Part shown: piece after piece, positions 5,365 through 13,231 of the stretch
Numbering within the stretch: the first letter of the stretch is position 1
Layout of the letters: each line of letters starts with the position of its first letter
Virus record (IMG/VR): IMGVR_UViG_3300010052_000008
Location: 1-28,521 of that record
Strand: one strand, 5' to 3'
DNA: 28,521 nt
From: a virus
Lineage: Duplodnaviria; Caudoviricetes
Position numbers and translations under genes: made by a program
The notes under the pieces: model-generated
Told to the model about the DNA's origin: nothing
The model's input: only the letters and a program-made list of their open reading frames with translations
Databases searched by the model: none

Positions 5365-8031
5365 ATGGACAGCCTGCCGCCGATGGAGGCCATGATCCCG
5401 GCCGACATCCCGCTGCTCGACGACGCCGGCGCCGCGCTGGTGAAGCGGTATGAGGCCTTCCTTGCCGCGAAGGTCGTACGGGCGGAGGATGCCGGCATCA
5501 CCGTCTCGCCGTCCGCGCTGCATCCGCTGCTGAAGCCGCATCAGCGCGATATCGTCGCCTGGGCGGTGCGGAAGGGCAGGGCGGCGATCTTCGCCAGCTT
5601 CGGCCTCGGCAAGACCGCCATCCAGTTGGATGCGGCGCGGCTGATCCTGGAAGCGGAGGGCGAGTTCGCCCGCGTGCTCATCGTCCTGCCGCTCGGCGTG
5701 CGCCAGGAATTCATGCGCGACGCGGCGATGCTCGGCATCCCGGTTCGCTTCGTCCGACGGACCAGCGAGGTCGGCGATGATGGTATCTATCTGACCAACT
5801 ACGAGAGCGTGCGGGACGGCAAGATCGACCCGTCACTGTTCACGATGGTCAGCCTGGATGAGGCGGCGGTGCTGCGCGGCTTCGGCGGCACCAAGACCTT
5901 CCGCGAGATGATGAATCTCTTCGGCGAGACGAAGTACCGCCTCGTCGCGACCGCCACCCCGTCGCCGAACGAATACATCGAGCTGCTGGCCTATGCCGCC
6001 TTCCTCGGCGTGATGGAGGTGTCGGAGGCGAAAACCCGCTTCTTCAAGCGCGACAGCAGCAACGCGGACAAGCTCACCCTGCACCCGCACAAGGAACGCG
6101 AGTTCTGGGAATGGGTGTCCACCTGGGCCGTCTTCGTCACGACACCCGCGGATCTTGGCCATGACGCCACGGACTATGTGCTGCCGCCGGTCGAGGTCCA
6201 CTGGCACGAGGTACCGACCGACCATGCCGAGGCGGGCGAGGAGCGCGACGGCCAGATGCGGCTGATCCGCAACGCCGCGCTGGGGGTGACCGAGGCCTCG
6301 GCCGAGAAGCGCCACAGCCTGCCGGCGCGGATCGCGAAGATGCAGGAGCTGCGCGCCCTCGATCCCACCGCGCACCGCATCCTCTGGCATGACCTCGAGG
6401 CCGAGCGGCACGCGATCGAGGCGGCCGTGCCCGGCGTGGTGTCCGCCTATGGCTCCCAGGATCTGGACGAGCGCGAGGCCGCGATCATCGCATTCAGCGA
6501 CGGCGAGGTGCAGGAGCTGGCGGTGAAGCCCTCGATCGCCGGCACCGGCTGCAACTTCCAGCGGCATTGCGCCTGGGCGATCTTCCTGGGGATCGGTCAC
6601 AAGTTCCACGACTTCATCCAGGCCTTCCACCGGATCGTGCGCTTCGGCCAGGCGGCGCCGGTGCGCATCGACATCATCTATACCGAGGCCGAGCGCGAGA
6701 TCCGCCGATCGCTCGAGGCGAAGTGGGCCCGGCATGTCGCGCAGGTCGACCAGATGCGCGCGATCGTCGCGGAGTACGGCCTGTCGGGCGATGCCGCGAA
6801 GGCCGCGCTGCGCCGGTCCATGGCCGGCCCGCGGGAGGAGGCGTCTAGCGCAGGCTGGCACCTGGTGAACAACGACACCGTGCTGGAGACGGCGCGGATG
6901 CGGTCGGACAGCGTCGGGCTGATCGTGACCTCGATCCCCTTCGCCACCCAGTACGAATACACGCCGACCTTCAACGACTTCGGCCACACCGACGACAACG
7001 ACCATTTCTGGCGGCAGATGGACTTCCTGTCGCCGAGCCTGCTGCGCGTCCTGCAGCCCGGGCGGGTGATGGCGGTGCATGTGAAGGACCGCATCGTCCC
7101 GGGCGGCCTGACCGGCCTGGGGTTCCAGACGCTGCATCCGTTCCATGCCGAGGCGATCTTCCACTATCAGCGGCACGGCTTCGCCTTCCTCGGCATGAAG
7201 ACCATCACCACGGACGTGGTGCGGGAGAACAACCAGACCTATCGCCTCGGCTGGTCGGAGCAATGCAAGGACGGCAGCCGGATGGGCTGTGGCGTGCCGG
7301 AATACCTGCTGCTGTTCCGCAAGCCGCCGACCGACCCATCCACAGGCTATGCCGACTACCCGGTGGTGAAGGAGAAGCCGCTCTGCGCTGATGACGGCGA
7401 GCCGGCGCCCTTCGACAAGAAGACGAACTGGCGCAAGCCAGTGCCGGGCACGGGCTATTCTCGCGCGAGATGGCAGCTGGATGCGCATGGCTACACCCGC
7501 AGCAGCGGCGACACGCTGCTGTCCGGGCAGGAGCTGCGCAGCCTGCCGCATGAGCAGCTGTACAAATGGTGGGAGGCACGCTGCACGGCGCCCGGCTACG
7601 TCTATGACTACCGGGAGCATCTGCTGCTCTGCGACAGACTCGATGAGTTCGAGCGGCTGCCCTCCACCTTCATGCTCTGGCCGCCGCATTCCGTGCACCC
7701 TGATGTCTGGACCGACATCACCCGCATGCGGACGCTGAACGCCGACCAGGCGATGGCGGGGCGGGAACAGCATCTCTGCCCGCTGCAGCTCGACATCGTG
7801 GACCGGGTCATCACCCAGTTCTCGATGCCGGGCGAGGTCGTCTTCGATCCCTTCGCCGGAATCGGCACGGTCCCTGCCCGCGCGCTGAAGCTCGGCCGGC
7901 AGGGCAGGGGGAACGAGTTGAGCCCGCGCTACTGGGCCGACGCCGTGACCTATTGCCGCGCCGAGGAGGCGCGCAAGGCCATCCCGACGATGTTCGAGCT
8001 GCTGGGCCTGGCGGCCGGGGAGGACGCGTGA
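5365..8031 (+). CDS. SNF2-like SF2 helicase fused to a beta-class N4/N6 DNA methyltransferase (888 aa)
   Basis: Helicase: Q-motif LKPHQ, Walker A FGLGKT, Walker B LDEAA, motif III TATP, motif V GTGCNFQ, motif VI QAFHRIVRFGQ. MTase: motif IV TSIPF ahead of H.CP and motif I FDPFAGIGT. Confidence 0.92.
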   Translation: MDSLPPMEAMIPADIPLLDDAGAALVKRYEAFLAAKVVRAEDAGITVSPSALHPLLKPHQRDIVAWAVRKGRAAIFASFGLGKTAIQLDAARLILEAEGEFARVLIVLPLGVRQEFMRDAAMLGIPVRFVRRTSEVGDDGIYLTNYESVRDGKIDPSLFTMVSLDEAAVLRGFGGTKTFREMMNLFGETKYRLVATATPSPNEYIELLAYAAFLGVMEVSEAKTRFFKRDSSNADKLTLHPHKEREFWEWVSTWAVFVTTPADLGHDATDYVLPPVEVHWHEVPTDHAEAGEERDGQMRLIRNAALGVTEASAEKRHSLPARIAKMQELRALDPTAHRILWHDLEAERHAIEAAVPGVVSAYGSQDLDEREAAIIAFSDGEVQELAVKPSIAGTGCNFQRHCAWAIFLGIGHKFHDFIQAFHRIVRFGQAAPVRIDIIYTEAEREIRRSLEAKWARHVAQVDQMRAIVAEYGLSGDAAKAALRRSMAGPREEASSAGWHLVNNDTVLETARMRSDSVGLIVTSIPFATQYEYTPTFNDFGHTDDNDHFWRQMDFLSPSLLRVLQPGRVMAVHVKDRIVPGGLTGLGFQTLHPFHAEAIFHYQRHGFAFLGMKTITTDVVRENNQTYRLGWSEQCKDGSRMGCGVPEYLLLFRKPPTDPSTGYADYPVVKEKPLCADDGEPAPFDKKTNWRKPVPGTGYSRARWQLDAHGYTRSSGDTLLSGQELRSLPHEQLYKWWEARCTAPGYVYDYREHLLLCDRLDEFERLPSTFMLWPPHSVHPDVWTDITRMRTLNADQAMAGREQHLCPLQLDIVDRVITQFSMPGEVVFDPFAGIGTVPARALKLGRQGRGNELSPRYWADAVTYCRAEEARKAIPTMFELLGLAAGEDA

Positions 8032-8192
8032 TGTGGCCGCTCCTCATGCTCGCCTGCGCGATGCTGAGCTTCTCTCTGTCGCTGGCCGGACTATGGCTCG
8101 TCTCGCCCGCGCTCGCCGGCATCGGCTTTGTCCTCGCGCTGGCGTCTTTCATCGCGGGGGTGCTGGCGTTGGCGCTGGGGAAGCGCGCATGA
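8031..8192 (+). CDS. Small two-TM membrane protein (53 aa)
   Basis: GGAGG upstream, TGATG and ATGA couplings; MWPLLMLACAMLSFSLSLAGLWLVSPALAGIGFVLALASFIAGVLALALGKRA. Confidence 0.72.
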   Translation: MWPLLMLACAMLSFSLSLAGLWLVSPALAGIGFVLALASFIAGVLALALGKRA

Positions 8193-8737
8193 CCCGCCGC
8201 GGCGACTGGATCCAGACCTATTCCGGCGGACAGTTCTGGCCGCTCGATCCTCGCGCGGAGGAGGTGCGGCTGATCGACATCGCCCAGGCGCTGTCGAACA
8301 AGTGCCGCTATGCCGGGCACACGCTGCGCTTCTACTCGGTGGCGGAGCATTCCGTGCTCGTCAGCCGCGCCGTCGCGCGGGAGCACGCTCTCTGGGCGCT
8401 GCTTCACGACGCGGCCGAGGCTTATCTCGCCGACATCCCGCGGCCGGTGAAGCGCTTCCTGCCGGGGTGGAAGGAGATCGAGGCGGGGGTAATGCGCGCC
8501 GTCTGCGAGCACTTCGGCCTTCCGCCCAATGAGCCGCGCGAGGTGAAGCTGGCAGACACCTCGATCCTCCGCGACGAGATGACGGTGTTGATGGCGCCGC
8601 CGCCGGAGCCCTGGGGCGACATCGGCCCGGGGACTGGCCTGGTCGTCCAGGGCCTCGCTCCGGAGCAGGCGCGCGCCGCCTTCCTGGATCGCTTCGAGGA
8701 ACTCCGGCGTGAGGAGACCTTGCGATGGGCAGCCTGA
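8189..8737 (+). CDS. HD-domain nucleotide phosphohydrolase (YfbR/YfdR-like)
   Basis: IQTYSG...DIAQALS..CRYAGH...YSVAEHS...ALLHDAAEAYLADIPRPVK...VKLAD; start at ATG 8189 via ATGA overlap. Confidence 0.9.
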   Translation: MTRRGDWIQTYSGGQFWPLDPRAEEVRLIDIAQALSNKCRYAGHTLRFYSVAEHSVLVSRAVAREHALWALLHDAAEAYLADIPRPVKRFLPGWKEIEAGVMRAVCEHFGLPPNEPREVKLADTSILRDEMTVLMAPPPEPWGDIGPGTGLVVQGLAPEQARAAFLDRFEELRREETLRWAA

Positions 8738-9381
8738 CACGACGCGCCGCGCTGGCCGCCTGCGGCGCCATCCTCGCCCGGCCGGCCATCGGCCGCCCGA
8801 CCTGCGGCGTCGCGCTGGTGCTGGCGATCGACGTTAGCGGCTCCGTCTCGGCCGAGAGCTTCGCCCTGCAGCGTGACGCGACAGCGGACGCGCTGCGCAG
8901 CCCGGCTGTCGCCCATGCCGCGCGCGATGGGATCGCCGTCGCCGTGACGATGTGGGGCGCCCGCCAGCACCTCGCCCTGCCGTGGCAGATCCTGCGCGGC
9001 GCCGGCGATGCGGCGGACGCGGCAGCGGCGCTTGCCCGCGTCGGCAGGCCGGGGAGCGGGGGGACCGATGTCGCTGGCGCGCTCAGCCATGCGGTGGGCC
9101 TTCTCGCGACCGTGCCGTGCGAGGCCGAACGCCGGATCGTGGACCTCAGCGGCGATGGCCGCCATTCGGGGGTGGCCTCCGAGATGGACGTTGCCATCAG
9201 CCTCGCCCGCGCCCGCGGCGTCGAGGTCAACGCGCTACCGATCGTGACCGAGGTGGAGCCGGACGTCGCCGACTGGTACCGCGCGAACGTCACGGACCCG
9301 GTCGGCGGCTTCTCGATTTCCGCCGACTGGCAGGGCTTCGCGCGGTCTATCCGCATGAAGCTGGCGCTTGAGGTCGCCTGA
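8725..9381 (+). CDS. DUF1194-like vWA-domain protein with twin-arginine signal
   Basis: LTRRAALAACGAILARPA is a Tat-like leader; ALVLAIDVSGSV carries the MIDAS DxSxS; GTDV; RRIVDLSGDG; VNALPI; KLALEVA ending. Confidence 0.85.
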   Translation: MGSLTRRAALAACGAILARPAIGRPTCGVALVLAIDVSGSVSAESFALQRDATADALRSPAVAHAARDGIAVAVTMWGARQHLALPWQILRGAGDAADAAAALARVGRPGSGGTDVAGALSHAVGLLATVPCEAERRIVDLSGDGRHSGVASEMDVAISLARARGVEVNALPIVTEVEPDVADWYRANVTDPVGGFSISADWQGFARSIRMKLALEVA

Positions 9382-9662
9382 TGCAGGCAGGGGACACGCC
9401 CGATCTGCTGGCGGCGCTGGCGCCTCCGCCGCCGGTGCCGATCCGGCCGGAGACGCCAGCCATGGCCGCGCTGGCGATGGGCTGCGCGCACTACCACGCG
9501 ATGACCTTCCCGAACCGGACCTATCCCAGCGAACGCTGGCTGGACGGCTATGCGGAGAGCCAGGGGCTGCGTCAGGCGGCGGTCATGCTGCGCGCGCTCG
9601 ACAAGCTGACGGCCGAGCAGCGCGCGGCGATCGCGGCGCATCTGGCGCGGGTGCCCGCGTGA
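9381..9662 (+). CDS. Hypothetical phage protein (93 aa)
   Basis: TGATG and GTGA couplings on both sides. Confidence 0.68.
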   Translation: MQAGDTPDLLAALAPPPPVPIRPETPAMAALAMGCAHYHAMTFPNRTYPSERWLDGYAESQGLRQAAVMLRALDKLTAEQRAAIAAHLARVPA

Positions 9663-10054
9663 AGCGGCGGACTGCGACGGAGCGCCAGGAGCAGCGGGCG
9701 ACCCTGAATTGGCTCCGCCTCGTGCTGCCGACAGGCGCCCTCGTCTTCCATGTGGCGAACGAGGAATCGTCCGGATCCGCGGCGCGCGGCAAGGCCCTGC
9801 TGGGCGACGGCGTGCTTCCGGGCTGCCCCGATCTCTGCGTCCTCTGGCAGGGTCGTGCCTACTGGATCGAGATGAAGCGCTCCGGCCGCCGCGCAGATCT
9901 GCGCCAGGCGCAGCATGAGGCACATCGCCTGATCACCTTGGCCGGCTGCCAGGTCGGCGTTGCCGAAGGGCCGGAGGACGCCGACTCGCTGCTGCGCGCC
10001 TGGGGCGTGCCTCTCAAGGTCGCCCAGCCACGCTGGGGAAGGAAGGCTGCGTGA
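9659..10054 (+). CDS. VRR-NUC (PD-(D/E)XK) nuclease / resolvase-like protein
   Basis: E...Q...VFHVANE...GVLPGCPDL...YWIEMK...Q is the VRR-NUC pattern; GTG start at 9659. Confidence 0.85.
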   Translation: MKRRTATERQEQRATLNWLRLVLPTGALVFHVANEESSGSAARGKALLGDGVLPGCPDLCVLWQGRAYWIEMKRSGRRADLRQAQHEAHRLITLAGCQVGVAEGPEDADSLLRAWGVPLKVAQPRWGRKAA

Positions 10055-10914
10055 CCAAGGCCGAGAAGCGCCATCCCTGGCTGAAGTGGTATCCGGCCGA
10101 CTGGCGCGCCGATCCCGCGTTGCGCATGTGCAGCCTCGCCGCGCGCGGGCTCTGGGCGGACATGCTTGGCCTGATGCATGAGGCAGAGCCCTATGGCTAC
10201 CTCGTCGTCGGTGGCCGCCTGCCGACGTCGCAGCAGCTGGCGTCGCTGGTGGGCGTCGATGTGCGGGCGGTGACAACCGCGCTTGGCGAACTCGAGGCCG
10301 CTGGCGTGTTCAGCCGCGACGCCGAGGGGCGCATCTACTCGCGCAGGATGGTCAGGGATAAGGCCAAGTCGGATCAGGACCGGCAGAACGGAAAAGGGGG
10401 CGGTAATCCGTCTCTGCGTCGGCCGGATAAGGTGGGGGTTAACCCCCCCGATAACGGGCAGGATAAGGGTGCGGTAAAGACCCCCGATAAAGCCCAGAAG
10501 CCAGAAGCCAGAGATACATCCTCGCAGAGCTCGGATGGCGCGTCGGCTGCGCCGCCGCCGGATGGTCAGCCGCCCCTGGATCAGCGAGCGGAGCTGTTCG
10601 GTCCCGGGCTTGGCCGGCTGCGGCGCATGACCGGCAGGCCGGACGGGGCGTCGCGGGCGATCCTCGGTAGGCTGCTGCGAGAGGTCGGCGATGACTGCGC
10701 GCTGCTCAATCGCCTGCTGTTCGAGGCGGAGGACGCGCGGCCGGCAGATCCCGTTGCGTGGATCAGCGCAGCGATCCTGTCCCGCACCGGCCGCCGAGCC
10801 GCGCCCTCGCGTTCCGGTCCGGACCGGGACTGGGCGGCGCGGGAGCTGGCGCACGACCTGCTCGGCAGCTCGCAGCGTTTCGACATCGACGGCCAGGCGG
10901 AGGTCATCCAGTGA
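10051..10914 (+). CDS. Phage replication initiator (O-like; DUF1376/YdaU-type N-terminus)
   Basis: PWLKWYPADWRADPALRMCSLAARGLW.DML.LMH...ELEAAGVFSR...IYSRRMVRD N-terminal domain; central linker contains iterons; C-terminal DPVAWI. Confidence 0.85.
   Translation: MTKAEKRHPWLKWYPADWRADPALRMCSLAARGLWADMLGLMHEAEPYGYLVVGGRLPTSQQLASLVGVDVRAVTTALGELEAAGVFSRDAEGRIYSRRMVRDKAKSDQDRQNGKGGGNPSLRRPDKVGVNPPDNGQDKGAVKTPDKAQKPEARDTSSQSSDGASAAPPPDGQPPLDQRAELFGPGLGRLRRMTGRPDGASRAILGRLLREVGDDCALLNRLLFEAEDARPADPVAWISAAILSRTGRRAAPSRSGPDRDWAARELAHDLLGSSQRFDIDGQAEVIQ
10426..10512 (+). repeat. Candidate replication origin: six 12-bp-phased iterons, palindrome and CCAGAAG repeats
   Basis: GATAA/GTTAA/GTAAA start at 10426, 10438, 10450, 10462, 10474 and 10486. 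Perfect palindrome GGGGGTTAACCCCC at 10434-10447. CCAGAAG repeated about 2.7 times at 10494-10512. Confidence 0.75.
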
Positions 10915-11669
10915 CGGCGATCGCCACGAGGAAGCAGGCGCTGGCTCGCACTGCCGAGCCGTTCCCGATGTCGACGGCGCTCGCTGCTGCAGTGCGCCAG
11001 GCCCTCAACCCGCATCCGGACGCCGGCGCTGATCCGGTCCCCGCGATCGTGCGGGAGGCGGCCGGACGCGCGCTGGTGGCCATGGACAGCATGGCGCAGC
11101 CGGCGACGATCGAGGACTGGCTGCGCTTCCTGCGTCCGGTGGTGGCGGTGGTTGCCAATCCTCCCGACCGGGAAGCGTTGCCGGGCCGCGCGGCCGCGAT
11201 CGCCTTCGCCTTCCAGGATGTACCGGCGGCGATGCTCGACGCGGATGCGCAGCGCGCGATCATGCGGTCCTGCCGTTACTTCCCGACGCCGGCGGAGCTC
11301 ACGCCAATCTTCGCGCCCCGGGTCGTCGAGCTGCGGTCGCGCCGCTTCGCCCTGTCCCGCATCGCCGCGACGCGGGCTCCCGAAGCCCAGGCATCGGTGC
11401 CCGCCGCCGCGCGCGCCGAGCTCGCGGCACGCCTCTCGGTCCGGGCAGGGGAGATGCGGGCTTCGGCCAGCCAGCGGGAAGCAGCGGAGAGGGAAGAGGC
11501 CGCAATCCGCCGTGCACCGCAGCGTCGCATCGAGGATCCGGACACGCCGGAGCACGAGCTGCGGAAGGCGGCCGCATCGGGGAAGCCGGGCGCGGCGCTG
11601 GCGCGCATGCGGCTCGCCATCATGGACGCGCGGCGCGCCGCAGTGGGAGGAGCGAGAGGCGATGAGTGA
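10911..11669 (+). CDS. Putative helicase loader/inhibitor-like replication protein
   Basis: GTGA-coupled directly after the initiator; contains IMRSCRYFPTPAEL, an F-P-x-P-A-E motif typical of proteins in this position. Confidence 0.6.
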   Translation: MTAIATRKQALARTAEPFPMSTALAAAVRQALNPHPDAGADPVPAIVREAAGRALVAMDSMAQPATIEDWLRFLRPVVAVVANPPDREALPGRAAAIAFAFQDVPAAMLDADAQRAIMRSCRYFPTPAELTPIFAPRVVELRSRRFALSRIAATRAPEAQASVPAAARAELAARLSVRAGEMRASASQREAAEREEAAIRRAPQRRIEDPDTPEHELRKAAASGKPGAALARMRLAIMDARRAAVGGARGDE

Positions 11670-11910
11670 GCCATCGACCCGCCGACACCTTACCGCGATG
11701 CAGCGGAAGGGTGGCGAGCGCACGCGCGCCAAGCTCGCAGGCAAGACGGTCCGCATCTGGTCGGCCGAGCACCGCGCATGGTGGCGGCCAAACCTCTGCG
11801 GCTACACGGTCCATGCCGAGGTGGCCGGACGATACTCGTTCGAGGAGGCGTGGGCCGCGACAAACCATTGCGGTCCGGAAAAGCGGATCGTGTTCGAGGT
11901 GGTAGCATGA
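11662..11910 (+). CDS. Conserved small phage protein (82 aa)
   Basis: GAGG upstream; IWSAEHRAWWRPNLCGYT...AGRYSFEEA motif. Confidence 0.72.
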   Translation: MSEPSTRRHLTAMQRKGGERTRAKLAGKTVRIWSAEHRAWWRPNLCGYTVHAEVAGRYSFEEAWAATNHCGPEKRIVFEVVA

Positions 11911-12371
11911 CGCAGGAAGCGAGGCGCCCCTGCGCCAACTGCGGCCCAGCAGCCGAAGCCGGCAATCTGCCCTGCCTCGCCGCGCCAGCTCCTTGCGCCA
12001 GCGATATGCGCGCAAGAGAAAAGGTGGCCTCGACGCATCCCGTGCAGGTCACATTTCGCCCGCAGTGGTGCGTGACGAGGCGTGACGCGCCCATCACCGC
12101 CGAGGCGCTGGTTGATGCGATGGCGCGGACGCTGGACCCACTGGCATGGAGCGATCACGCCGAGGCGGAATACGCCGCCGGATCATGGGTTGCGACACAT
12201 GGCTGGGAGCCTCGCCGGGTCGTCGCCCGCAATCAGGTTCGCACTGCCCTGACTGCCGCCGCCAGGCTCGCGTTTCGTGATCCCCAGGAAGCGCTTGTCC
12301 AGGCGGCATACGCGACGCCACCGGTCGCAGCGCTCTTGAGGGCGATTTGGGAGGCCGCGCATGCAGATTGA
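11907..12371 (+). CDS. Hypothetical phage protein (154 aa)
   Basis: GAGGTGG Shine-Dalgarno, ATGA coupling, N-terminal CxxC. Confidence 0.62.
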   Translation: MTQEARRPCANCGPAAEAGNLPCLAAPAPCASDMRAREKVASTHPVQVTFRPQWCVTRRDAPITAEALVDAMARTLDPLAWSDHAEAEYAAGSWVATHGWEPRRVVARNQVRTALTAAARLAFRDPQEALVQAAYATPPVAALLRAIWEAAHAD

Positions 12372-12582
12372 TGCACGATCGCATGAATTGCTCGTTCTGC
12401 GCGCTCCCGCACCGATCCCGGCACACGTCGCTGCGCACATCAAGGCCGAGGTGGAAAGCGCCATCGCCACGCCGCCGCACATCCTGGTCCTCGAGCGCAG
12501 ATGGCATTTCGAGCGCGTGCCGCTGCCCCAGCGTGACCCGCCCGCGCCTGCCGGCTGGGACGAGCTGGAGAATGTGCGCTGA
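12361..12582 (+). CDS. Hypothetical phage protein (73 aa)
   Basis: GGAGG Shine-Dalgarno; TGATG coupling to the next gene. Confidence 0.65.
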   Translation: MQIDARSHELLVLRAPAPIPAHVAAHIKAEVESAIATPPHILVLERRWHFERVPLPQRDPPAPAGWDELENVR

Positions 12583-13229
12583 TGACCATGCTCGACGCTG
12601 TTGACGAATACGGCGGCGATGCCGCAGAACATGCGGACACGGCACTCCATGCGGGCCTGCGCCCCTCGGAGTGCGGTAGCCATTCAAGGCCCCGCTGGTA
12701 TGTCGTGATGACGCACCGCGGCGCCGAGCGCCTCGCCGCCGACGAACTGCGCAAGCAGGACATCCAGAGCTTCCTACCGCTGCGGCGCCGCGAGCCTCGT
12801 CCTGTCATACCTGGTCAGCCTCGGCGACACCGCAAGGCAGAGCCCGACGAGCCGCAGATGGTGCCGGCCTACCCGCGCTATCTCTTCGTCCTCTTCGACG
12901 TCGAACGGGATCGCTGGCGCTCCATCTGCTCGACGCGCGGCGTGAAGCACCTCTTCGGATCGCACCCCGAGCGCCCCACCCCGATTCGGGACAGCGTTAT
13001 GGCGGCGATGCTGCTGCGGGCCAGCAAGTGGGGCGAAGAAGCCAAGGTGAAGCCCGGCCCGATGCCTGCGTTCGATCCCGGCGTGGTCGTGACGATCATT
13101 GATGGGCCGATGGCCTCGATCGAGGGCGTGGTGGTGTCCTGCAACGGCAAGCGCACCACCGTGCTGCTGCTGCGCTGGGACCGAGAGGTCGAGGTCGACA
13201 GGAACAATGCCCGCCAGGTAGTGGCATAG
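12582..13229 (+). CDS. NusG/RfaH-family antitermination factor (NGN + KOW), in the lambda Q position
   Basis: RWYVVMTHRGAERLAADELRKQDIQSFLP...PAYPRYLFV.FD...WRSICSTRGVKHLF (NGN domain); FDPGVVVTIIDGPMASIEGVV (KOW). Confidence 0.92.
   Translation: MTMLDAVDEYGGDAAEHADTALHAGLRPSECGSHSRPRWYVVMTHRGAERLAADELRKQDIQSFLPLRRREPRPVIPGQPRRHRKAEPDEPQMVPAYPRYLFVLFDVERDRWRSICSTRGVKHLFGSHPERPTPIRDSVMAAMLLRASKWGEEAKVKPGPMPAFDPGVVVTIIDGPMASIEGVVVSCNGKRTTVLLLRWDREVEVDRNNARQVVA
12601..12680 (+). promoter_or_regulatory. Putative late promoter, hairpin and ops-like element inside the 5' end of the NusG-paralogue gene
   Basis: TTGACG (12601-12606), N18, CAGAAC (12625-12630). Hairpin GCACTCC (12642-12648)/GGAGTGC (12668-12674) with inner GGGC/GCCC. 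GCGGTAGC at 12673-12680 matches the ops core. Confidence 0.5.
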
Positions 13230-13231
13230 CG

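Noticed and set aside
5833-7773. Long antisense ORFs (also 13819..16026, 17213..18775, 22694..24661, 25235..27007)
   Set aside because: Shadows of well-supported plus-strand genes, caused by stop-codon scarcity at high GC.
8031-8192. Holin call for the small 2-TM proteins (also 1241..1420)
   Set aside because: Both lie in early operons with no adjacent endolysin or spanin; the lysis cassette is probably outside the window.
8189-8737. DatZ-like enzyme implying a 2-aminoadenine (Z) genome
   Set aside because: No PurZ, MazZ or dedicated polymerase in the window, and YfdR-like HD proteins are common in temperate phages.
5365-10054. Type III, BREX or DISARM-like defence system (helicase + MTase + nuclease)
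   Set aside because: The genes lie in the lytic early operon, no Res, PglZ, BrxC or Drm partners are present, and VRR-NUC is a routine phage replication/recombination gene.
10426-10512. CRISPR-like or DGR repeat
   Set aside because: Units are only 12 bp with 5-bp cores, and there are no spacers, cas genes or reverse transcriptase; better explained as iterons.
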